A stretch of 47,303 nucleotides of DNA from Chrysochromulina tobinii (lineage: Eukaryota), in the NCBI GenBank assembly GCA_001275005.1, contig JWZX01003370.1, positions 1-47,303 of the forward strand. The letters run 5' to 3'. Positions 1-10,424 of the stretch are shown piece by piece (the stretch's first letter is position 1; every line of letters begins with the position of its first letter). Below the pieces are notes generated by a model. It did not search any database and was not told the origin of the DNA. It saw only the letters and a program-made list of their open reading frames with translations. The position numbers and the translations under genes are program-made.

Positions 1-272
1 CCTAGGTGCTGCCTAGTTCGTAATCAAGTTGCCCCACGAGGGAACGCGCCCCCCCGTCGGTCCGCGACTAGTGGTGCCTACCCATTGGTCTGCTCTGCAG
101 ACTCGAGACTGCACCCGTTGGTGTTTGACTGTCCGAGTTGAGGGATCGTGTGCCCCCGGGGCGGTCGGGAGGCACCTGCTCCACCTCCGACCTGTTCTTT
201 GGTCATAATACATTTAAAATTGCGACTCTCCGCGTCGGTCCACTCGGGCGTTGAAATACCTACGCTACGGCC

Positions 273-1199
273 CTACGCTACGCGACTGAGGACTTCTATC
301 ATGATCGCGCCCTTGAGCTTGTTGTTGTACGCACCCTTGTTGCCTATATATTTAGGGGCGCCTTTAAAGGCCGCCTCGTCGTTTGTCGTCGACCTGCTCG
401 ATTTGGAGCGAGCTGGGCCACCTGCCTTGAAGGATGCATGTCTCTTGAAAGAATCCTCCTTGCTTGCCTTGCGGCGCTCGCGTAGTTCTAGGTCTCGCCG
501 CACAGCATTGAATGCATCCTTCTGAGAACCTGCTTTCTCGATGCGCTCTGCGTTCTGCCGGGTCGTGGAGCGGTCCACGCTCGCGCCGAGGGGCGCTGCC
601 TTCACGGCCGCAGCGCGGGCGGCATCTTTGACCCGGTGGACATCTTGGACCAAGATGCCGCGGGTGCGACTCGTCGCCGAGGTCGATTGACCTCGAATCT
701 CAGCAAATCGCGCCTCCACCTCTTTTCGCGCTCCCGCCTCTCTTCGCGCCTCCGCCTTTTTGCGCGCCTCAATGGCTCTTCGCACATCAATGTCCCGCGC
801 CTCCAAGATGCTGTTGGTACCCATACTGTTGGTATGGCTTTCGTCCCCCTCCCTGGCGAATGTACCCACGGCCCAAGAAGTATCGTTCGCAACCGCGAGC
901 ATGCCTTGGAGTGTATCGAATGATGGTTTCCGCGGTCGAAGATAGCTGGACGTCGCGTTGCTCATCATAGTCAATCCATTTGTTGAAGATGCCCGCGTAG
1001 CTGGCTGCTCACCTCGGCGCAGCCGAGCATCGCGTTCCTCGGCGGACCGTAAGCGCTCCAGGAAGTCTGGGTCCGTGATGTGCGGGGCGAGTAAGCGGTC
1101 TAGCGTGCGAACCATGCAGCGCTCGAACCGCAAGGCACGCGAGCCGCTACACGCGGCAAATCTGTTGAAAAATCGAGCGGCCCCAAACATGACCAACAA
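273..1199 (-). CDS. Hypothetical protein (basic, coiled-coil-like)
   Basis: 308-aa ORF with plausible charged helical segments (RRAIEARKKAEARREAGARKEVEARF). No recognisable domain; start uncertain. Confidence 0.4.
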   Translation of the reverse strand: MLVMFGAARFFNRFAACSGSRALRFERCMVRTLDRLLAPHITDPDFLERLRSAEERDARLRRGEQPATRASSTNGLTMMSNATSSYLRPRKPSFDTLQGMLAVANDTSWAVGTFAREGDESHTNSMGTNSILEARDIDVRRAIEARKKAEARREAGARKEVEARFAEIRGQSTSATSRTRGILVQDVHRVKDAARAAAVKAAPLGASVDRSTTRQNAERIEKAGSQKDAFNAVRRDLELRERRKASKEDSFKRHASFKAGGPARSKSSRSTTNDEAAFKGAPKYIGNKGAYNNKLKGAIMIEVLSRVA

Positions 1200-1377
1200 A
1201 AGGAAATGAATGTGAATTCACACCCCATCCGGAGTTCGGTGGAGAAGTCTTCTAACGGCCTATCAGCGGTCCTAAGACTGTCCTAAGAGCGCCAAAGCCG
1301 CGGACGGGCGTGGCCCGAGAAGGCCCTGAACCACGAGGTTCCTCCTGATCCCGCGGCTCATCAGTGGCTACGTCGCG

Positions 1378-2418
1378 ATGGCTGCGTCGGCGTCAAAGTA
1401 CGCGCGCGCCTTCGGGCAGCCTCCGTGCAAGTACGGAAACGCGTGTTATCAGCAGAGCAGATCGCACTGGGAAGCCTTCGATCATCCAGCAACGCACCCG
1501 CGGTTCCAGGGCCTGGCTTCCATGTCATCGCCAGCAGACGATGGCGAGTCCAGAAAGCGCAAGGAACCACCCGCGTCCGAGCCCGACGACGCTGCGCCAC
1601 TCGCGGCAGCACCATCAGTCGAGATGGCCGCTTCCGCACCGGTCCACCAGTTGCCTGTGCCGTTTACGGCGCCACCGTCCGTGCCACCAGCCGCTGCGCC
1701 GGCGACTGCGATGCCCTCTAGCCTGGAGCGATCGCTCCGTGGCGTACCGGTGCCCGACGGCTGGGGCGTTCATGGCGGATCGCTCCTGGTCTGGCGCCAC
1801 ATGAGTCCCGTTGCGTCGCCCAAGGTGGGTGCGTTTGACTTTGATGGGTGAGCGCCTCGCACGCACGCGCGCGCGCTCGCGTACCAAGGGTCTCACCGAC
1901 GCACACTCACGCGCAGTGGCTGCGATGTCCTCCTCACGCCGCCGAGCAGGTGCCTGGCGAGGACGCCTCTAGGAGGCAACGACCCCAACGCATGGAGCAT
2001 GCAATTCACACACGTGCCAGCTGTGCTCGCGTCGCTCGCCGCCTCGGGCCACACGCTCGTCATCGTGACCAACGAGTCGATGGATCGCTTCAAGAAGCCC
2101 GAGGCCATCGCCGCTGCGATCCGCAAAAAGTGTGGACGGCTCGAGGGCTTCGCGAGGGCAGTAGGAGTGCCACTGCTTGTCCTCTGCGCGTCGGCTAAGG
2201 ACGACTTCCGCAAGCCTGGGGCCGGATGCTGGGACTACGTGGCGCGACACGCCTACCCCGACACGCCGGTGGACAAGGCCGGCTCCTTCTTCGTCGGCGA
2301 CGCGGCCGGTCGTCTGGGCGATCACGGAGATGGCGACCGCGAGTTTGCGCGCGCCGTGGGCATCGCATTCTTCGACGAGAAGGCTTTCTTCCTCGAACGC
2401 CACCCGGCGGGCGCGTGA
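1378..2418 (+). CDS. PBZ zinc finger + polynucleotide 3'-phosphatase (PNK3P, HAD family); 2 exons 1378-1847, 1950-2418
   Basis: PBZ motif CKYGNACYQQSRSHWEAFDHP. Splicing GT-AG intron 1848-1949 restores HAD motif DFDGCL, followed by VIVTNES, FRKPG and FFVGDAAGR..DHGDGDREFA, typical of PNKP phosphatase domains. No kinase domain. Confidence 0.88.
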
Positions 2419-2555
2419 CGCAGGGACTTCATAGAGAGTACCGTGCGCGAAATCGCGAACATTGGAGAACGCAATTTCCGGCACATAATTTAGAAATTTG
2501 CACCGTTTAGAAGGACCGCTTCTCCTAGATGCCCCTTACGTATGCCCCTAGCTTG

Positions 2556-3026
2556 TCATGGCCCGGCGACTCCTGTCCCCTTCACGAGATCTGAACTGCT
2601 GCTCCCTGAGTCAGACCCCTCAGACAACGCAAGCGATCCGCCACTCAAAGTCCAGGCCGCCACTGCAGCACGCTTCTGGTTGACGATCCTGTTGGCCGCG
2701 GCCAGCTTGAGAGGGAAGGAGAAGGGCGCAAGAATCTTGTTGATCAATAGCCACTCGCCAAACGTGCGGCCGTTGGGCGAGGCGAACCCGCGCTCACTCG
2801 CTTTTGCGATGCTCTCATACCGCGACGGCCACATGCGCTGCAGCCACTCGCCAGCACGATGCACGGCTGCTCGCCCCGCCCCTGTGCGCATGATGGCAAT
2901 TGTTGGCTGAAAACGGTAACAAATCGCATACACGCCCACCCACCACGCCGTCTCGATGGCAAAGTAGGTGCGGAGTTTCTCTCCCATCGTATCGCCGGAG
3001 AAACCCGCTGAGAAGCTGGCTACCAT
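2556..3026 (-). CDS. Small membrane protein, possibly DUF1279/FAM210-like
   Basis: 156-aa ORF with a hydrophobic segment (YFAIETAWWVGVYAICY) and a C-terminal INKILAPFSFPLKLAAA resembling the DUF1279 K..P.R.P motif. Confidence 0.5.
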   Translation of the reverse strand: MVASFSAGFSGDTMGEKLRTYFAIETAWWVGVYAICYRFQPTIAIMRTGAGRAAVHRAGEWLQRMWPSRYESIAKASERGFASPNGRTFGEWLLINKILAPFSFPLKLAAANRIVNQKRAAVAAWTLSGGSLALSEGSDSGSSSSDLVKGTGVAGP

Positions 3027-3280
3027 GGCCGGGGCGGCAGGGGGTGCGCCTTTTCTTCTCGAACTTTCTCGTCACATTCGAATTTCGTCACGACTGGCCA
3101 AGTATAAAGTTGAACACGCGGGGGGATGTCGCACCGTGATAACCGCGCCCGGCCGGTTTTGGGTTTTTTTCGTTGTAGTTTTGACGAGACTGAAGCAGAG
3201 CAGCCGAGGGGCGCCGAGTTCCTTGTCATGGGCTTGTGATCGGAGACAACGCGCCGGGAGGCCAAGCGGCGTGCAACGAC

Positions 3281-4784
3281 ATGAAGGAGAGCAGCAGCAG
3301 CGAGACCGTGGCAGTGCCCACATCGGCCAGCGCAGAGGGAGTCACTCCGGAAAAGGAGGCACCACCAGCGCAAGCGCCGATTGAGCTGCGCAAGATCTTC
3401 GTCGGCGGTCTCTCGTTCCAGACGACCGAAGCCGAGCTTAGCGTACGCTCCCCTGCTTGCAGCCAGCCCTCGAGTTGCGCACACGCAGCATGGCACCACC
3501 ACCACCATGCTGAGACGCCGCTGCCTCGCTCAACTCCTCTCGCAGGCGTACTTTGGGCAGTTCGGCGAGATGGAGGATGTGGTCGCGATCACCGAGGGCA
3601 TCTCACGCCGGCCGCGCGGCTTCGGCTTCATCACGTATGTTGACGTTGCCGCTGCCGACGCGGTCCTGCAAACGCGCTTTCACGTGGTCGCCAACCGGTA
3701 CATCGAGGTGAAGCAAGCAGTGCCCCGTGCTGTGACCGAGGTCGTGCACCCCCATGGTACAGCTGGTGAGACGAGCAAGGCGGCGCCAATCGCCAAGAGC
3801 GCCAGGGCGCTGCCGTCAACCGCTGCACCCTCCGCGCCGTCGCACACGGGCGCACTGCGCAGGCCCTCGTTTGCTCCTATGGGCGTGGGCTCGTCTATGA
3901 TGGCGGGAGCGGTGCCACCAGGGACCAGCCCTCCCGTGCCGCCGTGGATGAGGAATCTGCCTGAGATGCGTCCGCCGATGCTCGCACCCAACGCCATGCC
4001 ACAGACGCTCCCCCCGGGTGCCGTGCCGGAACTCATGGGCCCAGACGGCGTTTGGATGGGGGAGCCTCCGTGGATGCCGCCCCTCGGCACGCAGCTACAA
4101 CCACAGCAGATGTTCGGCGGCGCCGGCGCGTTCGGCGGCGCCCGCATGCCCGCGATGCCCGCGGCTTCAGGAGCTGCGTTTGAGCTTTGGTTGCAGGGGC
4201 AGCAGCTGCTGCAGCAGCAGCAGCAGCAATTTCAGCAGCAGTGGGCGCTGCAGCAGTGGCAGCTGCAGCAGTGGCAGCAGTGGCAGCAGCGGCAGCAGCA
4301 GCAGCAGGTGCTGATGCAGTATCAGCTCCAACAAGCGGGGATCCCCTCTGCACGGATAGGACGCGCCCCATCCTCGCCGCCAGCCGATACACTCTCGGTG
4401 CCGCCGAGCGCTCTACCGGGCACCACCGCACAGCAGCACGGCGAAGGAGCGCTCGCTGCGTGGCGGGGACCGCCTGCATCGACGGCGGCGCCAGTCTTCC
4501 CTCCACTGCCCGTGACGGCGCCGGTGGCGGCCGTGCAACGGTACCAGTCGGCGTGCGCCCGCGCGCCATCGTCAACACGCGCCGAGTCGAGCGCTCCGTC
4601 GTCGGTGATCTCATTGAACTCGAACTCGAACTCGTCCTTGAATTCCTCGACGGATGAGCTTCAGAGTGCAGCGTCGACCTGTAACTCGTCGGCCTGCAAT
4701 TCAGACCTGCGCGGAATCGCGGAAGCAATTGAGTCTCTCTCTGTGGGCGACGAGAGCTCGTCGGGGGAGCGCTCGACGAGCTGA
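3281..4784 (+). CDS. RRM RNA-binding protein (hnRNP A/Musashi/DAZAP-like RRM) with Pro/Gln-rich low-complexity tail; exons 3281-3442, 3546-4784
   Basis: RNP2 KIFVGGL and RNP1 RGFGFITY are joined in frame by phase-0 intron 3443-3545 (GT..CAG). The IEVKQAVPR end motif is present, with a poly-Q/QQW tract at ~4200-4310. Confidence 0.88.
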
Positions 4785-4917
4785 CGCTAATCTGCAGGCC
4801 AAAGCCACAGCCACCGAACAAACGCTTGCACTAGTTCCTAATGGGCGTGGCTCGGCCGCGCGCTGGCGAAGACCCAGCAAGAAAGCATGGCTGAAGGCGA
4901 GGTACATGAGTATGGCT

Positions 4918-5041
4918 GTTAGGTTAGGTTAGGTTATTGGTACATGTGTGCGCCGTCGTCGTCCGGCGGTGGGATGTGGCATGAATGTGGCAAAGGATGG
5001 CTGAGGCTGAGGCGTGACGTTTAGGTTCGGTAGGTTAGGTA
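4918..5041 (+). repeat. Short TTAGG telomere-like repeat patches
   Basis: gttaggttaggttaggtta at 4918-4936 and ttaggttcggtaggttaggt at 5021-5040, between convergent genes. Confidence 0.5.
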
Positions 5042-5209
5042 CACGATGATGCACCGCACCGTGTCCGGTCGTTGTGCTACCGTGGTACCCAGTCGGCCGC
5101 GGTCTCGGCGGGTGGCGGCGTTGGCGCGGAACCGAACGCTTCGCGCGGACGCGCGCGGCGCGGCGCCCGGCCGCGCACACGTGCCGACTGCCGTGCCGCG
5201 TGCCCCCCG

Positions 5210-6211
5210 TTACGAATTAACGTGTCCGGTGTCCCTCTGCATGTGCGTCGCGCTGTCCGCGGTCTCGGGAGACACCTCGTCCGCTGCAACGCCCTCAGGC
5301 TCGCCGTTCCCGGCGCTCGCTTGCTCCCCTCGTGGCGCTACTGGTACTGCCACGCCGGATGCGACAGATACGAGCGCCTCATTCAACGCCGCGGTAGCGA
5401 GCTCTTCGACCACAGCCTTGAGCACGCTGCTCAAGGCCCTGCTCAGTATTTTCCACAGCAGCGGCGGCGGGCCGCTGCCATCAGCACCGGCGACGCTGAG
5501 CGCGATCGCACCATTCACCGAAACGTTGACTTCCTGTAGGGCGACGTCACCAGTCCGCAGTGCCGCAGCCGCCCTCGCAATTCCGTACGGCAGCCCATCG
5601 GATGCAGCCATGCCTTGCAGCGCCTCTTGAGCTTGCGAAGCAAGTGTCGCCACCCTCCACGTGATCGTGGCGCGCACGTCGGACAAGTTGGCGTGGCAGA
5701 CGAAGCCCGCACGCTGATTGAAGCCAAAGGGGCCTTGCATGCTCGCCTGAACCCCGATCGCCGTTTCCAGCCGGCCGAAGGACGCAGCAGCTGCGAGATG
5801 GCTGCTACCCACGGGTGTGAGCTCAAAGGGTGCAATGGAGCCAAGATTGCGGATGGCGATGCTAGTGACATTTGCGATGGCTTTCAGACCAGCCATGCTC
5901 GCGTTGCACACGTGCTCGCCTGGCGGCAGCGATGTCTCCATGGCACCGATCGCGGCGACGGCCATGGCGATCGGGCGAAGCAACGTTTCCACAAGTGAGA
6001 GCGTGGCCCGGCCAACAATCCCGTCCCAGCTCAGCCTCTCGTTTGCGCTGTTGATGGCCCACTGACGCGCGAAAGCAACACCTGCGTGCAGCAGGGTTGT
6101 GCCCGCCACGGTTGCAATCGGGTCGCATGTGTCAACTCCGGCAGGGGCAGCAGGTGCCGCTTCCGGCAGCAGCAGCAGCAGCAGAGGCGGCAAGACGACC
6201 CGCGTGAACAT
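5210..6211 (-). CDS. Secreted hypothetical protein
   Basis: 333-aa ORF beginning with a signal-peptide-like MFTRVVLPPLLLLLLPEAAPA. It has alternating beta-like segments and a long C-terminal amphipathic helix. Confidence 0.6.
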   Translation of the reverse strand: MFTRVVLPPLLLLLLPEAAPAAPAGVDTCDPIATVAGTTLLHAGVAFARQWAINSANERLSWDGIVGRATLSLVETLLRPIAMAVAAIGAMETSLPPGEHVCNASMAGLKAIANVTSIAIRNLGSIAPFELTPVGSSHLAAAASFGRLETAIGVQASMQGPFGFNQRAGFVCHANLSDVRATITWRVATLASQAQEALQGMAASDGLPYGIARAAAALRTGDVALQEVNVSVNGAIALSVAGADGSGPPPLLWKILSRALSSVLKAVVEELATAALNEALVSVASGVAVPVAPRGEQASAGNGEPEGVAADEVSPETADSATHMQRDTGHVNS

Positions 6212-6380
6212 GACGTTGTGAAAAAACTCTCTGGGTCTTCCCTGTCATTGGACAGCACGACCGGCTGGCAGGACGTGGTTTTCCGGTTCATGTTGTTCAC
6301 GTTCACGCTGAAAAGGACGCGCGATCTCGAACTGCGCTCGACATGTCGGCGCTTGAGCTTCTCGGTGCCGATCGGCGCCA

Positions 6381-7835
6381 ATGACGTCGCTCTGGTTCAA
6401 CGGCTGCACCAATCTGCTCTGCCTGCCGCCGATCCTTGTCGACCACTTCTACTTTGCCATCATGCTCATCGCCAACGTGCTGAATTGCCTCGTCGCGCTC
6501 GCCTCAATCTACCGCGTCATCCGCCGGCAGTCCTTCTGCCGGCCGCACGGCGAGAACGACGACAAGCTTCCCAGCGATGGGACCGCGCCAGCCGTCACGG
6601 TCGTCGTCGCTTGCTACTTACCAAACGAACAGGTCATCATCGAGTCGACGATCGAGCACATACTGCTCCAGCTGGACTGGCCGAGTGATCTAACGCTGCA
6701 CATCGTGTACAACACGCCGTCGGCGCTGCCCTTTGAGGAGACGCTGCGCCGACTCGAGGGATGCCACTACGCGCCGCGCCGCAAGCTTCGCATCACTAAG
6801 GTCGACGCCAGCACCTCCAAGGCGGAGAACCTCAACCACATCTTGCCCACGATCACCGACGAGTTCGTCGTGCTCTACGACGCGGACCACCACCCGGATA
6901 CCAACTCGCTGGTGCGGCTCGCGTCGGCGCTGCTGCGCAGCGAATACGTCGCCATGCAAGGCTCCACGTACATCCGGAATAAGCAGGCCTCACTGCTCGC
7001 GCGTGCCGTGGACGCGGAGTTCTTCGTGACGCACTTCATCTACTTCCCGGCGATGGAGATCCTCGGTGGGACGGGCTACTTTGGCGGTTCGAACGCGCTC
7101 TGGCGCACGCGCGTGCTGCAGCAGTACCCCTTCGACCGCGCCCGGCTCACCGAAGACGTCGACGTCTCCGCGCGCGCCCTGCTTGATGGGCACCGCATCG
7201 GCTTTTGCCCGAAGGCGCGCTCGGGAGAGCTCGCTCCGGCAGGTCCCCGCGCTCTGATCAGTCAGCGACTTCGCTGGTTCATGGGGTGGGAGCAGGTGAC
7301 GCACGCGTACTACTGGAAGGTCTTCGTGAGCGGCCTCTCGCTGCGCGCCAAGGCTGGCTTCTGCTACCTCTTCCACCTGCGCTGGCTGTTGCTCTTTGCA
7401 GCGGCGCTCGCGGCGGTGATCAACCCGGTCATCACCTCGCCGTTCGTCTACCCGCTCACGTCCTGGACCATGGAGTTCCAGGTGTGCGTGATGACCGCAG
7501 TCGTGCTGTACGGCTTCGTGGCGCTGCTCGCCCTCCACCACTCGAACGTCTATGAGGAGCGCCGCCGGCAGCCGATGGCGATGTTCTCGATCCTCATCTT
7601 CTTCATCATCGGCTGGCTGTACGTGATCATTCACATCACGCTACAGACGATCGCCTTCGTCAAGGTCGCGCTGGGCCGCGAGGGCCGCTGGGAGGTGACT
7701 GCGCGCCTCTACAGTGGCACCTCGCCCGCCGTCCGGCTCGGCGCCGTCGCGGGCACGCTCGCCGAGCCTTTGCTGCCAGCCGCGCAGGCACCGAGTGGTC
7801 GAGCGCGGACGACCGTTGTACCAGAAACAGTATGA
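6381..7835 (+). CDS. Processive glycosyltransferase family 2 (cellulose-synthase-like)
   Basis: KAENLN, YDADH (DxD), LTED and QRLRW (QxxRW) motifs. One N-terminal and several C-terminal TM helices; intronless. Confidence 0.92.
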   Translation: MTSLWFNGCTNLLCLPPILVDHFYFAIMLIANVLNCLVALASIYRVIRRQSFCRPHGENDDKLPSDGTAPAVTVVVACYLPNEQVIIESTIEHILLQLDWPSDLTLHIVYNTPSALPFEETLRRLEGCHYAPRRKLRITKVDASTSKAENLNHILPTITDEFVVLYDADHHPDTNSLVRLASALLRSEYVAMQGSTYIRNKQASLLARAVDAEFFVTHFIYFPAMEILGGTGYFGGSNALWRTRVLQQYPFDRARLTEDVDVSARALLDGHRIGFCPKARSGELAPAGPRALISQRLRWFMGWEQVTHAYYWKVFVSGLSLRAKAGFCYLFHLRWLLLFAAALAAVINPVITSPFVYPLTSWTMEFQVCVMTAVVLYGFVALLALHHSNVYEERRRQPMAMFSILIFFIIGWLYVIIHITLQTIAFVKVALGREGRWEVTARLYSGTSPAVRLGAVAGTLAEPLLPAAQAPSGRARTTVVPETV

Positions 7836-8009
7836 CGGCAACCGCCTCGCAGCTTGGCTCCGAGCTCGCTCTACGAACGGGTCCTCGACACACAGATGCC
7901 CTGCTCATAAACTTAGATAGAGTGTCACATCGGCGTTTCACAAACGGCATTTCACAGTACGGTACGGGGCACCTGTTCACGACGCCTGACTTCTCCTCCC
8001 TCCGGGAGA

Positions 8010-10205
8010 ATGTCGAACTGGTTCATGATGTTTGTGTCCTCTGCTCATGTCGCCGCGGCCATGGCGTCGTCCGTGCCGTATGCGAGACACCTGTCGCCCG
8101 CGGCCGTGAGTCGGCTCGGAAAAGTGCGACACAGGCTCTCAGAGCATCGCGGGGTGCTCCTCGTTGACGGAAACAACGTGCGTGCCGCGTCTGGCTTTCG
8201 CTATGATGCTCGAGAGATGCAGACCAGCCTTGATGCGTGGGCTGCCGCGGCGAATTACTCCCATCGAATGTGCGTGGTATGGGATCACGGCGAGCCAACC
8301 AGCTTTGTTACGCCCTCAAGCTACGTCTTGCTCAGCGGAAACGAGCAAACTGCGGATGACGTGATCGTGCAAGCGACCGCCTTCCTCTCGTGCGATGCAA
8401 ATGAACTCCTCGTCGTCACTTCGGACAAGTCTCTGCGAGGTCGGTGCCACACCCAGCATCTCGAAAGGTCAGCCGACGGTTCTGTGAGCGACGCGCGCAT
8501 GGATACGATGCATGCGGTCGATCTGAGCTGGCTCCTCGAGATTGATGAAGAGGGTGGATGGCGTACGACGGATGCACTGAGAGAGCGGTATAGCCAGCCG
8601 CATCGGTGCCGCACTGAGCGGACGCAGGATCGCGCGGAGCAAGCCACGGCGCTCATGCAGACGCTGCAGCGTAGCGGCTCAGCCGAGCGTCTCGAGCGCA
8701 GCCAGAGCCGCTCCATATTAGGCAACTCCTCTCCGCTGGGACAACTCGCGTCGTGGTATGCTGACGGTACTCAAGGGCTCCGAGTCGCGCGAGAGAGCCG
8801 GCGAGGCAATCCGGTGTACGCGTTGCGCACGCCCCCGGGCGCGCGCTTAGGCCCAGGACCGTCGATGCGGGCGAGCGACCCGTCGCTCCCAAAGCTGACG
8901 AAGCTGACGAAGCTGACGAAGCTGTCGATGCGGGCGAGCGACCCGCCGCCACCCGAGCTCGACGAGCGCCAGGCGGACTTCATGAGGCGACGGGGCTTTG
9001 AATGGAGCGCAAAGCGGCGCGCCTGGGTCACGGGGGACCCGTCGCGTGCTGAGCGCCACGCAGAGCGCCTCGAGTGCCGCTCGGCGGCGCGGGTGCTTCG
9101 ATGGGAGGGCGATCCGGAAGCGCTCGCGCCTCCGGTGCTCTCCGCCGTACGGGCGGCCACTCGTCGTTTGGAGCAGCGGCTTCGTGAGGCACGAGAGCGC
9201 GCGCTCGAGGAGAAAGAGGTTGATCGCAGGGTGGCGCTGCGCATCAAGGATCATCTCATGAAGCCCTACGCGCCCGCCCTGTGGCTGCTCGTCCAGTTGA
9301 GCGTCTTAGCGGCCCTCGTCGACGCGGGATGTGCCCACGGCAGCGCGTTGGGAGCGGCTGGGGCTGGCACCGGCAGCGGCGCCGTAGCGGGCGGACCGGG
9401 CACGGAGATCGCGATCTCGGGCACGGAGATCGCGGTCGGGCTCGCTTTCGCGCCGCTCCTCGCCGCGCTCCGCCGCGAGCGCTGGGTGCGCCAGCCGGGC
9501 GTTGAGGATGGGGACGGTGCACTCGAGCGTGTGCTCGTAGACGCCGTCCTGGGCTCCCACGCGTTGCCCGCGCCGTGGGAGTGGCGCTGTGTCGAGCGTG
9601 CGTGGGGTCGCGCCGTATTGGCGAGCGAGAGCCTCACTGCGCTCAACACAGCGCTCTTCTGGCATGGCGGCGTGCAGGCGGCGGTGCTAGCGGCGTGCAC
9701 GCCGGCCATGGGCGAGCTGGGTGCCGCCTGCCTAGGCGTCCTGGCCATCGCCGCGGCCGCCGCGGCCCGAGCCGTTTACTTCGAAGACCCGATTGTGGAC
9801 GGCATTCCCGCTGAGGTGGGCGAGGCGAAGCTGCTTGCCAGTCGCGCGGAGACTTACTATGGCATGACCGCAAGCAGCGCCGCGGAGGCGGCCGCCTCGG
9901 TCGCCGCACTGCATGCATGCACGGACGGTTGGGTTGCCAAGTTTGGACGCGCATGCGAAGCGCGAACGACTCTCCTCCTTCTGTGCGTCGCATCGGCGGT
10001 GGGTGGTGCACTGGCATACGAGCTCGCAGGCCACTCAGCCCTGGCGCCGGCGTTTGCCTTGTGCTTCTCGGCCGTCGACACGTATGTGCTACGGCCGCAG
10101 CCCGAGCTAACGCGAGTGACGCTCGCCCTCAGCGACTTGGAGACACGCTTGGAGACCGCTTCAAGCGAGAGATCTGAACGGTCGCTCGGTCCAGCAGCAC
10201 TGTGA
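8010..10205 (+). CDS. NYN/PIN (YacP-like) domain fused to a multi-TM C-terminal region (may be two genes)
   Basis: LLVDGNNV, VVWD, TADDVIV and VVTSDKSL are NYN-type acidic motifs. The C-terminal half is Ala/Leu-rich with hydrophobic helices. Confidence 0.65.
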   Translation: MSNWFMMFVSSAHVAAAMASSVPYARHLSPAAVSRLGKVRHRLSEHRGVLLVDGNNVRAASGFRYDAREMQTSLDAWAAAANYSHRMCVVWDHGEPTSFVTPSSYVLLSGNEQTADDVIVQATAFLSCDANELLVVTSDKSLRGRCHTQHLERSADGSVSDARMDTMHAVDLSWLLEIDEEGGWRTTDALRERYSQPHRCRTERTQDRAEQATALMQTLQRSGSAERLERSQSRSILGNSSPLGQLASWYADGTQGLRVARESRRGNPVYALRTPPGARLGPGPSMRASDPSLPKLTKLTKLTKLSMRASDPPPPELDERQADFMRRRGFEWSAKRRAWVTGDPSRAERHAERLECRSAARVLRWEGDPEALAPPVLSAVRAATRRLEQRLREARERALEEKEVDRRVALRIKDHLMKPYAPALWLLVQLSVLAALVDAGCAHGSALGAAGAGTGSGAVAGGPGTEIAISGTEIAVGLAFAPLLAALRRERWVRQPGVEDGDGALERVLVDAVLGSHALPAPWEWRCVERAWGRAVLASESLTALNTALFWHGGVQAAVLAACTPAMGELGAACLGVLAIAAAAAARAVYFEDPIVDGIPAEVGEAKLLASRAETYYGMTASSAAEAAASVAALHACTDGWVAKFGRACEARTTLLLLCVASAVGGALAYELAGHSALAPAFALCFSAVDTYVLRPQPELTRVTLALSDLETRLETASSERSERSLGPAAL
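8861..8945 (+). repeat. (AAGCTGACG)3 flanked by a 22-bp direct repeat, in frame
   Basis: gtcgatgcgggcgagcgacccg at 8861-8882 and 8924-8945; encodes SMRASDP-SLP-KLTKLTKLTKL-SMRASDP. Confidence 0.9.
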
Positions 10206-10424
10206 TGTGTGAATTGTGGAGTCTTTTTCTCGTCATATTTAACGGCTCTTTCTGCGCCTTCTACCGTACCTTCCGTACCGTACGGCGTACGCGCAGCGGT
10301 AACGCACTCCCACTCGATCGCACTCCACGTGACGGGCGTGAGGCGTGAGCATCGCATGGCACTCCCTCCTCCCTCCGAGTCGCGATCCAAGCCCAATACG
10401 CCTGCGCCGCGGAGCTCAGAAATT

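Noticed and set aside
4918..5041. Telomere or chromosome end
   Set aside because: Only 3-4 TTAGG units, interstitial, with genes on both sides.
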